Assembly (NCBI GenBank): GCA_963744625.1
Contig: CAVUUK010000007.1
Location: 310,338-374,337 of the forward strand
Source: an uncultured Acidobacteriaceae bacterium
Lineage (GTDB): Bacteria > Acidobacteriota > Terriglobia > Terriglobales > Acidobacteriaceae
DNA length: 64,000 nucleotides
Direction of reading: 5' to 3'
Shown here: positions 45,620-54,900 of the stretch, piece after piece
How positions within the stretch are numbered: the first letter of the stretch is position 1
Layout of the letters: each line of letters opens with the position of its first letter
Made by a program: the position numbers and the translations under genes
The notes under the pieces: model-generated
The model's database searches: none
Seen by the model: the letters and a program-made list of their open reading frames with translations, nothing else
What the model was told of the DNA's origin: nothing

Positions 45620-46546
45620 GTGCTGAGAGCACTCTTCATCGCTTTGTCCGAAAGCCGTTCCCTGCGTGCTTTCGCCGAGCGCTCCAGCTTCGGACAGCGC
45701 ACCTCCGCTCGCTTCGTCGCTGGCAACGAGGTTTCTGACGCCATTCGCGCCGCCGCTGCCGTCAATCAATTCGGAGCCGGCGTCTCTATCGATAACCTCG
45801 GAGAAAATGTCACCAACGCCGCCGAAGCCCGCGCCAGCGCTCAGCTCTATCACAACCTGCTCGACGCTATCGCGGCGAACAAGCTAAACGCCAATATCAG
45901 CCTCAAACTTACCCACATGGGCCTCGACGTCGACGAAAAGATGGCTTACGAAATCGTCCGTGGATTAGTCGCCAAGGCCGCCGGCATGTCGCCGCCCAAC
46001 TTCGTCCGCGTCGATATGGAAGGCTCTCCCTATACTCAACGTACCCTCGACTTCGTCCACGAACTCCACCGCGTCCCAGGAAATGCCAACAACGTCGGCA
46101 CCGTCATCCAGTCCTACATGCGCCGCTCCGAATCCGATGTCGAAAAACTTCTCTCCGAATGCATCCGCATACGCCTCTGCAAAGGCGCCTATAAAGAGCC
46201 TGAAGATATAGCTTTTCAGAAGAAGTCCGAAGTCGATGCCAACTACGTCAAGTTGATGAAGATCCTGATGAAAAGTGGAGTCTTCCACGGCCTCGCGACC
46301 CACGACGAGTCCATCATCAAGCAGGCCAAGGCCTTCGCCACGCGTGAGAATATCCCGCGGAACGCCTTCGAATTCCAGATGCTCCATGGCATCCGCCGTG
46401 ACCTGCAGCAGGGCCTGGTCAAAGACGGCTGCGGAGTACGCGTCTACATCCCCTTCGGCACTGAGTGGTATCCCTACTTTATGCGCCGCTTGGCTGAACG
46501 CCCCGCCAACGTCCTCTTCATCGCCAAGAACATCCTGCGACAGTAA
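45620..46546 (+). CDS. proline dehydrogenase
   Basis: 308-aa monofunctional PRODH pattern: FVAGNEVSDAI...SIDNLGENV...ISLKLTHMGL...VRVDMEGS...RLCKGAYKEP...ATHDE...EFQMLHGIR...RVYIPFG..WYPYFMRRLAERPAN. Confidence 0.85.
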   Translation: MLRALFIALSESRSLRAFAERSSFGQRTSARFVAGNEVSDAIRAAAAVNQFGAGVSIDNLGENVTNAAEARASAQLYHNLLDAIAANKLNANISLKLTHMGLDVDEKMAYEIVRGLVAKAAGMSPPNFVRVDMEGSPYTQRTLDFVHELHRVPGNANNVGTVIQSYMRRSESDVEKLLSECIRIRLCKGAYKEPEDIAFQKKSEVDANYVKLMKILMKSGVFHGLATHDESIIKQAKAFATRENIPRNAFEFQMLHGIRRDLQQGLVKDGCGVRVYIPFGTEWYPYFMRRLAERPANVLFIAKNILRQ

Positions 46547-46788
46547 GCAGATGTGTTTTCAGGGCTTTAGCCGGAACGAATCCCTCCCGCCCAAAGCCTG
46601 CGGAGATAGAAATCATTTTTGCGTCTCAGCTCTGAAGGGAATTCCCCCGAATTTTCGTTTTATAGACTAGGAAGCCAACTTACGTTGGATTCAGCGCCAG
46701 CCCCCTCGGCGATGTGCTTGTGTCCAGCTAAGAACAAGGGTCCGTGGCTCGCGACGATCTTCATCGAGACTCTGGTTTCCATTTAAAT

Positions 46789-46829
46789 CCTCTGCGTCGT
46801 TCCGGGGAAGGGCGGCGCAGAGGTTTTTT
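46789..46829. terminator. Rho-independent terminator hairpin, probably bidirectional
   Basis: CCTCTGCG (46789-46796) pairs with CGCAGAGG (46816-46823), followed by TTTTTT (46824-46829) on the plus strand. On the minus strand the same hairpin sits 27 nt after the GNAT stop, preceded by an A-run and followed by ATTTAAAT. Confidence 0.6.
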
Positions 46830-46849
46830 GTCTTTGCGTCGAGCCAGCA

Positions 46850-47794
46850 TCACCCTTCCCACACAAACGCATCAAACACCCGCGTGGATTCGAATCCGAT
46901 CCGCTTGTAAAGCGCAATCGCCCGGTCATTGGCCTCGGTCACCGTGAGCGATATGAATCTGAATCCCCGCTCGCGCAAACTCCATGTCGAAGCAGCCAGC
47001 ATCGCTTCGCCCAAGCCCTCCGACCGGTATTCGGGCAGCACGCACACCTGCGTAATGTGTCCAACATCCGGCCGCACCTGCGAGCACAGGATCAGCCCGA
47101 TCAGCGTCCGCGACCGCCGTTCCAGAACCACAAACGATCCCCGCGGATCGAACGTGCCGCATCCCGGAAACCGCACAATGTTGTTCAGAAACCGCAGCGA
47201 TCCCGTCAGCGTGCGGTATTGATCGTTGATCTCCGAATCCACATGTCCGCGGTATGCCGCCGTGATCAGCGCCGCCGCCGACTGATATTCCTGATCCGAC
47301 CAGGGCCGTATTTCGAACTGTGGCGGCATCGGCGGCGCCGTTTGTGCATGCTTGCTAATCTCGAAATTCATAAATACGCGCGGATGCCGGCTGAATCCCT
47401 GTTGCAGAAACGGACGCGCAACTTCCCCCGCCTCATGCGCCAGCAGCTGCGCTTCCACCCGATGAATTCCCGGCGATTGCTGCAGCGTCTCGATCACGTG
47501 CGTCAGCAACCGCTCCTCGACCTCATGACGATCCGGCCCGCGCCCATTATCGCGCACAAACAGGTCGCCAATCACTCCCTTGCTCTGCTCGTAAACAAAA
47601 AATGAATACCCGAAGATGCTGCCCCGCTCAATCGCCGCATAGCCAGGCAGAATCTTCGCGTCCATATATCGCAGAATCATCTCCGCCGATGTCGCGTAAT
47701 CCCACGACAGCAACCGGGCCCACATCGCGATCTCGTCTTCCAGCAACGGCCGAAGATCAGCGGAGGAAAAGTGTCGTAGATCGAGAATTTCCAT
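46850..47794 (-). CDS. GNAT family N-acetyltransferase (two-domain type)
   Basis: 314 aa. The C-terminal domain has the acetyl-CoA motif VLPEYRSEGLGEAMLAAS (Q/RxxGxG/A) and SLTVTEANDRAIALYKRIGF. Confidence 0.75.
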   Translation of the reverse strand: MEILDLRHFSSADLRPLLEDEIAMWARLLSWDYATSAEMILRYMDAKILPGYAAIERGSIFGYSFFVYEQSKGVIGDLFVRDNGRGPDRHEVEERLLTHVIETLQQSPGIHRVEAQLLAHEAGEVARPFLQQGFSRHPRVFMNFEISKHAQTAPPMPPQFEIRPWSDQEYQSAAALITAAYRGHVDSEINDQYRTLTGSLRFLNNIVRFPGCGTFDPRGSFVVLERRSRTLIGLILCSQVRPDVGHITQVCVLPEYRSEGLGEAMLAASTWSLRERGFRFISLTVTEANDRAIALYKRIGFESTRVFDAFVWEG

Positions 47795-47814
47795 AAACAG
47801 TTAGACCCAACGAC

Positions 47815-49428
47815 CTATTCTTTCCCCACCCAATACAAATCCACCTTCTGCTCCGCAATACTCGTCAAGTATGACACTCGCCGCCCCGGAACAAGTTGCG
47901 CCACCTGCGATTGCGTCCCCCGCGCCGCCACCACCATGTGCGCCGCCGCCGGAACATTCCCGTCCTCATACTTCTCCGTCGGGCGATTCAGATAAAACTC
48001 GAGTCCATATTCCTGCTCGCGCTTCAGGTGATAGATGGCAACCGGCACCGCTTCGTGTGAAAAAGCCAGAATGCTCTCCGCAATCGGACGCGCCGACTGC
48101 GTCTCGTCAATTGCAGGGGCCGCCAGACGAATCACGAGGAATACTCCCAGCACCGCGGCAAATACCGTAACCCGGCTCAATACCCGCGTCCCTGCCCGGG
48201 ATACGAGCGCCGCAGCAATGCCGATGGCAACCACCGCGCTCACACCGGCCGCGACGTAAGTTCCACTCGCCGATGCCAGGTGATGCGTCATCGCAATCGA
48301 TCCCGCCGAAAATGCGCCAAAAATCAGCAGCCCGCACAGCAGCCCGTGAGCCGAGGCCAGCAGCGTCGAAAATCTTTTCCCAGTCTCGCGCCGCGCCGCC
48401 GCGTATTCCGCCACCAGCAGCGCTCCCGCCGGAACCGCCGGCAAAATGTATCCCGGAAGCTTCGATTGCGATACGCTGAAAAACAAAACTGGCACCAGCA
48501 TCCATATAAGAAGGAACAGCACCCACGAATCTTCCGCGCTCGTGAACGCCTCTTTGCCCTCCGACCACACCACTCGCGCCCGTTCTCCGACCACCGCCAG
48601 CAGCAGCATCGTCCACGGCGCCACCGCCAATAAAAACACAGGCACATAGAACCAGAACGGCTGCCGATGGTGATATAGGTTCTCCGAGAAGCGCGCCAGA
48701 TTGTGTTCAAGGATAAAAACGCGAAAAAATTCCGGATTCCGCACCTGTACCGCAACATACCAGGGCAACATCACTGCCAGATAAAGCGCAATCCCCGGAA
48801 TCCAAAGCGTCGGCCAAGAAATTCCCCAGTCCCGCTTCACCCCGGCAAAAATAAAGATGATGACGCCCGCCAGCGCCGGAGCCACCGGCCCTTTCGCCAA
48901 AGTTCCCAGCGCCAGAAAAACATAAAAAGTGGCCAGATAAATATGCCGCCGACTCTCGTACCACGCATACCACGCCAGCAGCGCAATCCCAAAGCAAGCT
49001 GCCAGCGGCATGTCCGTCGCCGCTGCACGCGCAAATCCAATCACCCCCGCGCAACTCGCGGCCATCAGCGCCCCATCAAGTTCTCCGCCCGGACGAAACC
49101 GCCTCAGAAAAAAGTAAATCGCCGCAATCAGCAGGGTCGCATCAATCGCCGACGGCGCCCGCGCCGCTCGATCGCTCACACCCGCCACCCGAAACGCCAC
49201 CATCGCCTGCCAGTAATACAGCACCGGCTTTTCCAGCCACGGTTTCCCTTGCAGCGTGGGAGTTACCCAATCCGACCGCTCCAGCATCTCCCGCGCCACC
49301 TGCGCATAGCGCGGCTCGTCGGCTCCAACCAGCCCGAATGCCCCCAGACCATAAAAGAAGAGGAACCCGCAGAATGCAGCCAGCAGCAGCAAGTCTGTAC
49401 GGGTTGGTCGATTCGCTGCCTGATTCAT
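47815..49428 (-). CDS. GT39 / ArnT-like membrane glycosyltransferase (PMT_2 type)
   Basis: 537 aa, more than 10 TM segments. N-terminal loop motif GADEPRYAQVAREMLERSDWVTPTLQGKPWLEKPVLYYW is typical of ArnT/PMT-family enzymes. Confidence 0.8.
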   Translation of the reverse strand: MNQAANRPTRTDLLLLAAFCGFLFFYGLGAFGLVGADEPRYAQVAREMLERSDWVTPTLQGKPWLEKPVLYYWQAMVAFRVAGVSDRAARAPSAIDATLLIAAIYFFLRRFRPGGELDGALMAASCAGVIGFARAAATDMPLAACFGIALLAWYAWYESRRHIYLATFYVFLALGTLAKGPVAPALAGVIIFIFAGVKRDWGISWPTLWIPGIALYLAVMLPWYVAVQVRNPEFFRVFILEHNLARFSENLYHHRQPFWFYVPVFLLAVAPWTMLLLAVVGERARVVWSEGKEAFTSAEDSWVLFLLIWMLVPVLFFSVSQSKLPGYILPAVPAGALLVAEYAAARRETGKRFSTLLASAHGLLCGLLIFGAFSAGSIAMTHHLASASGTYVAAGVSAVVAIGIAAALVSRAGTRVLSRVTVFAAVLGVFLVIRLAAPAIDETQSARPIAESILAFSHEAVPVAIYHLKREQEYGLEFYLNRPTEKYEDGNVPAAAHMVVAARGTQSQVAQLVPGRRVSYLTSIAEQKVDLYWVGKE

Positions 49429-49440
49429 CTGCCGCCGCGG

Positions 49441-50406
49441 CTAGTTTGAGGATGCGTTCGCGTTCAAGATTACAGGTTCTACATTTAGCCGGTCGACAAT
49501 TCGTGCCACCGCAACCGCCAGCGGACCATCCAGCGAGCACCCGCTCGCGCACTTGTGCCCGCCTCCGCCGAAATGTTCAGCCACCTTCGACACATTCACT
49601 TCCCCTTTGCTCCGCAGGCTGATCCGATACCGCCCGTCGGGAAGCTCGCGAAAAAAGATCGCCACCTGCACGTCCGCGATCGACAGCGCGTAGTTGACCA
49701 GCCCCTCGCAATCTTCTTCGCGCGCCCCAAAACGCTGCATCTGGTCCTGCGTCACCCATATCCACGCTAGCGCGCCCTCGCGATGTAGGTTCGAAAGCGC
49801 CGCCCCTAGCAGACGCAGCTTCGCCGTCGAATGTCCAAAATAGATATTCCTCGCGCACAGCGCCGGATCCGCTCCCGCCAGCACCAGTTCGCGTGCCACC
49901 GTAAATGTTCGCTCGTCCGTGCCCTCAAACATAAACGAGCCCGTGTCTGTCATTAGCCCCGTGTACAGGCACATCGCGATATCGCGATCCACGGGAACGC
50001 ACGCCAGCCGCGCTAGCCGGTACACCAGCTCCGCCGTAGCCATCGCTGTAGCATCAATCCAGTTGATGTGAGCGAAATTCCGCCCGCTCGCGTGATGATC
50101 AATATTGATGAGGAAGCATTCTTCCAGACCCTCGAGTCCCGTTCGCCGCACGCTGTCGCATTCCAGTAGCAGAACCGCGTCGTTCTCCGGAACCACGTCC
50201 GCCTGCATCGCGCGATCCGCAAAAGGAAGGTTCTGATAAATCCGCGGCACGCCATCGTGCATCACAACTTCCGCGTCTTTCCCCATCACCCGCAGAATCT
50301 GCCCGCACGCCAAAGCCGAACCTATCCCGTCTCCATCCGGCCGGGCATGAGAGGTGACAACGAATCGCCGCCGCGCCCGAATTTCCTGTAGAACTCGCTC
50401 CAGCAT
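49441..50406 (-). CDS. nrnA: DHH/DHHA1 phosphoesterase (NrnA-type oligoribonuclease / pAp phosphatase)
   Basis: HARPDGDGIGS, INIDHHAS (DHH motif), and DHHA1 FGGGGHKCASG. It lies downstream of rbfA as in many bacteria. Confidence 0.85.
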   Translation of the reverse strand: MLERVLQEIRARRRFVVTSHARPDGDGIGSALACGQILRVMGKDAEVVMHDGVPRIYQNLPFADRAMQADVVPENDAVLLLECDSVRRTGLEGLEECFLINIDHHASGRNFAHINWIDATAMATAELVYRLARLACVPVDRDIAMCLYTGLMTDTGSFMFEGTDERTFTVARELVLAGADPALCARNIYFGHSTAKLRLLGAALSNLHREGALAWIWVTQDQMQRFGAREEDCEGLVNYALSIADVQVAIFFRELPDGRYRISLRSKGEVNVSKVAEHFGGGGHKCASGCSLDGPLAVAVARIVDRLNVEPVILNANASSN

Positions 50407-50413
50407 TGCAATG

Positions 50414-50434
50414 CTCAGTTCTTAAGTTCTCAGC
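50414..50434. repeat. inverted copy of the GAAC-repeat motif (left arm of composite hairpin)
   Basis: CTCAGTTCTTAAGTTCTCAGC. The reverse complement of 50416-50433, CTGAGAACTTAAGAACTG, matches CCGAGAACTGAGAACCG at 50478-50494 with a 1-nt indel. Confidence 0.65.
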
Positions 50435-50477
50435 TCTCAGCTCCCCGTCCTCAGTAAGCGCCTTGGAACGTCTCTCA

Positions 50478-50510
50478 CCGAGAACTGAGAACCGTTAACT
50501 GCGAACTGCC
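50478..50510 (-). repeat. GTTC/GAAC short-repeat element abutting the rbfA stop codon (copy C)
   Basis: Minus-strand reading after the TAA stop: GGCAGTTCGCAGTTAACGGTTCTCAGTTCTCGG. Compare copy D, which reads GGTAGTTCGCAGTTCCCGGTTCC after its TGA stop. Confidence 0.75.
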
Positions 50511-50894
50511 TTACGCCCCCGGCTCAGTGCTCTTCCGCTGACGTTTCTTCGCTCGTCCCAGAAGTTCGTCTACCCGGCTCTCCAGCTGATCGGCGCGATC
50601 GATCTGAAAGTGCAGCTCCGGAGGACGCCGCAATCGCAGCCGTTCCGCCAGTTCGTGCCGTACGTAATTCTTCGCCGCCGTCAGCCCTGCGAGCGTCTGC
50701 TCCGCTTCCACCTCATCGCCCTCCACATGCACCATCACCCGCGCCCAACGAGCGTCTTCGGCCATGACCACCGAACTCACTCTCGCCAGCCCAATGCGAG
50801 GATCACCCAGTTCACCCTCCAGAATCGTCTCGATTTCTTCACGAATCGCCTCGCTCAGCCGCCCGCGATGGTATTTCCGGCCACGCTGCTCCAC
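50511..50894 (-). CDS. rbfA: ribosome-binding factor A
   Basis: 127 aa. RLSEAIREEIETILEGELGDPRIGLARVSSVVMAEDARWARV...L..A..YVRHELAERLRLRRPPELHF matches the RbfA KH-like pattern. Confidence 0.9.
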   Translation of the reverse strand: MEQRGRKYHRGRLSEAIREEIETILEGELGDPRIGLARVSSVVMAEDARWARVMVHVEGDEVEAEQTLAGLTAAKNYVRHELAERLRLRRPPELHFQIDRADQLESRVDELLGRAKKRQRKSTEPGA

Positions 50895-50970
50895 GGCACA
50901 CCTCGGATGGAGGAAAACGTATGAGAATATCAGAAAACTTAGATTCCGGCCGTGTCGCCGGCGCCGGATG

Positions 50971-51258
50971 TCACAGAAACTCCACGAATGAATCGGTCAA
51001 TTCCGCCCCCGCATTGTTGGCGATGCGCGTGGCCGCGCGTTCGACATTCTTCATCAGCCCATCCAGATAATCGCGCGAGTGCGATACGCTGACCACCCCG
51101 ATCGTAGCCTGATTCCACAGCGGTCCCGGATCCATTTCCGCCACGGCCACATTGAACGACGCTCGCAGCCGGTCCTTAAGACTCCGCGTCACCTGCCGCT
51201 TGTCCTTAAGCGACTGCGCCGCCTCAATCCGAAACTCCAACGTGAGAGAAGCAATCAT
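50971..51258 (-). CDS. DUF503 (YlxP-like) protein
   Basis: 95 aa: MIASLTLEFRIEAAQSLKDKRQVTRSLKDRLRASFNVAVAEMD...WNQATIGVVSVS. This is the characteristic DUF503 pattern, and it sits upstream of rbfA. Confidence 0.8.
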   Translation of the reverse strand: MIASLTLEFRIEAAQSLKDKRQVTRSLKDRLRASFNVAVAEMDPGPLWNQATIGVVSVSHSRDYLDGLMKNVERAATRIANNAGAELTDSFVEFL

Positions 51259-51512
51259 AAAACAAGCCTAGGACGCGCATCCCCCGCTGTCCACTCATCT
51301 CAGCGAGCCTCCGTGCGCAAAGCACTTTTGGGCTGAGTCCCAGTGTGCCAACCCGAATTTAAAGCATTCGCGTGATAACTGTGCTACACTAGAAATCGCT
51401 AAGTTTGACTCACAGTTAGTTGAAGGCCGGTACCGCCAACCAGCGTCACCCCTCCTACAAGCAGCGATTCACTTCAGCATATTTCAATCAAGAAACAAGA
51501 ATAGGAACATCA

Positions 51513-51716
51513 ATGGCAGAACAAGGAACAGTGAAGTGGTTTAACGACGCCAAGGGCTATGGCTTCATCAGCCGTCAAAATGGCGAAGACGTTTTCGTGC
51601 ATTTCTCCGCGATTCAGGCTGGTGGCTTCAAGAGCCTCCAAGAAGGCCAAACCGTGCAGTTCGACGTGACCAAGGGCCCCAAGGGCTGGCAAGCGGAGAA
51701 CGTTACCGCTGTCTAG
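51513..51716 (+). CDS. cspA: cold-shock protein (CspA family)
   Basis: [64 protein letters not shown], with RNP1 (KGYGFI) and RNP2 (VFVHF). 67 aa. The upstream extension to 51420 is rejected. Confidence 0.93.
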   Translation: MAEQGTVKWFNDAKGYGFISRQNGEDVFVHFSAIQAGGFKSLQEGQTVQFDVTKGPKGWQAENVTAV

Positions 51717-51761
51717 GTTTCGACAACGATCTCTGAAATACGATCTCAGCGTCAACCGAGT

Positions 51762-51792
51762 GCCCGAGATTCCCAGGAATCCCGGGCATTTT
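51762..51792 (+). terminator. Rho-independent terminator of cspA
   Basis: GCCCGAGATTCC / GGAATCCCGGGC stem (one A.C mismatch) followed by ATTTT, 46 nt after the csp stop. Confidence 0.6.
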
Positions 51793-51796
51793 CACG

Positions 51797-54244
51797 TTAA
51801 GGCTGCACAGTTTGCTCCAACGAGGCAGAACTGCCCGTGAAACCTGCGCTTCCGTTATAGGTCGCCGTGATCGTAACTGTGCCCTTCGCCAGCGCACTCG
51901 TCGACACACTCGCCACCATGTCCTTCAACGCAACCGTGCCCAACGTCGCTCCGCCAGCAGTGAACGTAACCGTGCCGAAAGGATCCAACCCGGTTGACGA
52001 AGTCACCGTCGCGGTAAAGGTCACGCTTTGCCCCGGCGAAGATGGATTCGCCGAAGATGTGACTGTAGTTGTGGTCGAAGCTGGGTTCACCACCTCATCG
52101 TAGACCGATGACTTGCTCTGAGCCGAGGCATCGTCTCCCACATACTCCGCTGTAATCGCGTGCGTCCCCGCCCTGAGCTGAGACTTGGTCAACGTCGCCA
52201 CTCCCCCGACCAGAGTCACCGTCCCCAGTCCAACAAATCTCACTTCTCCGGTCGGAGTATCTGGTCCGGCCGATGTTACCGTCGCCGTGAAAGTGATCGC
52301 CTGTCCATACAGCGCCGGGTTCGGGCTCGCCGTTAGGCGCACTGCCGTAGGATACTTATTGACCAACTGCGTGATCTGCGTGTACGCGCGTCCGAAATCG
52401 TCATCTCCTGGAAAATATGCTCCAATGGTGTGATGTCTGGCCGCTGACAACGTCGCCGTCAAGCTCGCGATTCCGTTTTGCGTTGTACCATAGCCGATAA
52501 AGCTGTAATCATCAAAGAACTGCACCTGATCGCCGTCTTGCGGAATCTCACCGCGACGCAACGCCGACAGGGTGACGGTGAAAGTGACCGCCTGTCCCAC
52601 ATAAGAATCCCGATTCGACGAACTTAAATGGATGCGTGTTTGAAACAGCCCGGTTTTGTTGACCTTTTCGTACAGCACTGCCGAGGTGCTGGGATCAAAA
52701 GATCCCGAACCTAGATACTGCGCCGTCATTTCGGCCCAGCCGCGCTTCAGGCTCGACGTTGTGTATGACGCACTGCCATTGACCAGCGTCGCCGACGAAA
52801 CTTGCGCAGTCCCGTTGTAGAAGACAACCGTCCCCGTGGGCGTCCCCGACGCCGACGTAACCGACGCCGTGAATGTAACCGGCTGTTGATAGACCCCCGG
52901 ATTCTTGGAGGAGGTTAAGGTGGTCGTGGTAGAGCCAGGCGATTCGATGTTGTTCAGCAGCACTCCCACCGTGCCATCGTAAAAATTTGCGGCTACGATG
53001 TCGGGTCTGCCATCCCCATTCAAATCTGTGACGGCCATGCCGACGGGCATTGACCCACCCGAGGAGTACGTCGTCGCTGATTGGAATGTGCCGTCGCCGT
53101 TGCCCGATAAAACGCTGACAAGACCGGTGGCGTCGTTATACGTGCCAGACACAGCGTCAATCTTGCCGTCCAGATCCACATCTCTGGCAACGATAACGCC
53201 GACGCCCGAATTTCCAGTGTAGTAATTGACCTCAGTCCGAAAGGTGCCGTCACCGTTGCCGAGCAAGACTCCCACGAAGCCCTGTCCACTGCAATCGTCA
53301 GGCCCCGCATTGCCAACTAGCAGGTCAGGATGACCGTCGCCATTCAAATCCGCGACCGCCACAGTGTTTTCACAATAGCCCGCCGGATAGTTCGTCACTG
53401 CCTGGAAAGTGCCATCGCCATTCCCGAGCTGCACCCCAATCGTGTTTTCGCTGCAAACCACCACATCAGGTTTGCCATCCTTGTTGACGTCGGCGATGGC
53501 GAGACAGCTGGGATCGATGGCGGATGGGGACGTCAGGGCTGGCTGAAAACTACCGTCGCCGTTACCTAATAACACCCCTATCCTTCCGGTAGCGTTGTTC
53601 CAATTCACCACAATGATGTCTGGAATGCCGTTCTCGGTCAGGTCGGCGACCCCTAGTGGACCACCGCCCTGTGCGCCAGAGTCATAGAACACCGGCGCTT
53701 GGAAGGTTCCGTCGCCATTGCCCAACATTACTGCCGCCTGCCCATCGCCGTTGGCTTCGCAGCAGCTCGTAATTATGAGATCCGGTTTGCCGTCTCCGTT
53801 TAGGTCCGCTACCGCAACCGAATTGGGAATCCACCCCAGGTTCGTTATCAGTGCCTTCTGGAACGTCCCATCACCGTTGCCGAGCAAAACCCCCAGTGTC
53901 TGACTGTAAAAGCCGGTGACAATTATGTCGGGTTTCCCGTCGCCATTCACATCCGCGACCGCCTCAGCAAAAGCGTATGCGCCCCCGGTGCCATAGACTT
54001 CGGCCGGCGAGAAAAGGGTATCTCCTGAACCCTTCGGGATCACGCTCGACTTGTTGGCACGGGATCGGGCTACCACAAAATGCGCGGCGTCGCCGGAAAC
54101 CACCGAAGACCTCGCCGATGCCTGACCGTTTTCTCTTGCCTCGACCCGGGACGTCAAAGTGAAAGTGAATACGACCGCAACAATTGAGCAGATCAAACGG
54201 GCAACAACGAGGGATTGCGCGTTGTGGCTAACGTGGCTGGTCAT
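51797..54244 (-). CDS. large exported FG-GAP/VCBS-repeat plus Ig-like-repeat surface protein
   Basis: 815 aa. The N-terminal half has 7 or more DxNGDGKPD-type FG-GAP/VCBS repeats (ADVNGDGKPDIIV, ADLNGDGKPDLII, ADLNGDGHPDLLV...). The C-terminal half has repeated Ig-like modules marked by VTFTA(S/T)VTS...TG.V.F. GAGGAGG SD lies before ATG 54244. Confidence 0.8.
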   Translation of the reverse strand: MTSHVSHNAQSLVVARLICSIVAVVFTFTLTSRVEARENGQASARSSVVSGDAAHFVVARSRANKSSVIPKGSGDTLFSPAEVYGTGGAYAFAEAVADVNGDGKPDIIVTGFYSQTLGVLLGNGDGTFQKALITNLGWIPNSVAVADLNGDGKPDLIITSCCEANGDGQAAVMLGNGDGTFQAPVFYDSGAQGGGPLGVADLTENGIPDIIVVNWNNATGRIGVLLGNGDGSFQPALTSPSAIDPSCLAIADVNKDGKPDVVVCSENTIGVQLGNGDGTFQAVTNYPAGYCENTVAVADLNGDGHPDLLVGNAGPDDCSGQGFVGVLLGNGDGTFRTEVNYYTGNSGVGVIVARDVDLDGKIDAVSGTYNDATGLVSVLSGNGDGTFQSATTYSSGGSMPVGMAVTDLNGDGRPDIVAANFYDGTVGVLLNNIESPGSTTTTLTSSKNPGVYQQPVTFTASVTSASGTPTGTVVFYNGTAQVSSATLVNGSASYTTSSLKRGWAEMTAQYLGSGSFDPSTSAVLYEKVNKTGLFQTRIHLSSSNRDSYVGQAVTFTVTLSALRRGEIPQDGDQVQFFDDYSFIGYGTTQNGIASLTATLSAARHHTIGAYFPGDDDFGRAYTQITQLVNKYPTAVRLTASPNPALYGQAITFTATVTSAGPDTPTGEVRFVGLGTVTLVGGVATLTKSQLRAGTHAITAEYVGDDASAQSKSSVYDEVVNPASTTTTVTSSANPSSPGQSVTFTATVTSSTGLDPFGTVTFTAGGATLGTVALKDMVASVSTSALAKGTVTITATYNGSAGFTGSSASLEQTVQP

Positions 54245-54862
54245 ACCTGAACCTCCTCGAAGTCAACAGCCGGGCCCGGCGCCTTCTTTGCGTTCTCTTC
54301 TGGATGACGGACGGTCACTGCGCATTTCGCGCAGCTTTAAACGAGGGGAAGTTACCAATTGCAAGCGCTGCAGCGTTGCCGGTTCGAGTACCGCGGGGCC
54401 AACCGGGATAAGCAACCCGTTCTCAAACCGCTTTCGGGGCGTCTAACTATAATGCTAAGTCTCGGGAAAGTCGCGGCCTTTTTTTTGCGTCCAATCCCGC
54501 CGACGCCGCCTACCCTGCGGCTCGCTTTTCAAGGGCCTTCCCGCCTTCTGCGCCACATCCTTCATCTCGACCCGGATTTTTTCATCACGAACATACGGTG
54601 TCGCCGTCACATGCTTCCCAGGAACAAACTGCGAGAATACACCGTGACCGAAGTGGTCGGGCCTATCTCCCGAAGGTCTGTCCGCTCTTTGACAACTGAA
54701 TTCAGTTGAGAAATCTCGGCGAGATAATTATGAAGGTGCATTCGCTTCCAAAATCGAATTAAGTCCTTATTCCGGAATATTTTGCATATAAGTCCTTAAA
54801 ACTCAAAGATCTAGCGGGAAGTTTTGCGTAACTCTCTGATTCTAAAAGATCGACCCTAAGCG

Positions 54863-54879
54863 TTTTTTTTGGGGGGGGG
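54863..54879. repeat. adjacent homopolymer tracts T8 G9
   Basis: cgTTTTTTTTGGGGGGGGGc, read directly from the sequence. It is located in a long non-coding gap, 45 nt past the MFS stop in the minus sense. Confidence 0.9.
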
Positions 54880-54900
54880 CGTTACTATAAGGTAAACACT

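Noticed and set aside
51382-51390. Extended -10-like TGcTACACT upstream of cspA as a promoter
   Set aside because: There is no convincing -35 element at proper spacing and no way to verify it. It would give a ~120-nt leader consistent with csp genes, but it is too weak to list as a feature.
54455-54727. 91-codon open frame on the minus strand (…HFGHGVFSQFVPGKHVTATPYVRDEKIRVEMKDVAQKAGRP…), possibly a gene remnant
   Set aside because: There is no ATG/GTG/TTG start until 45 codons before the stop, no SD sequence and no family I can name. It could be a decayed gene fragment, but the evidence is insufficient to call a pseudogene.
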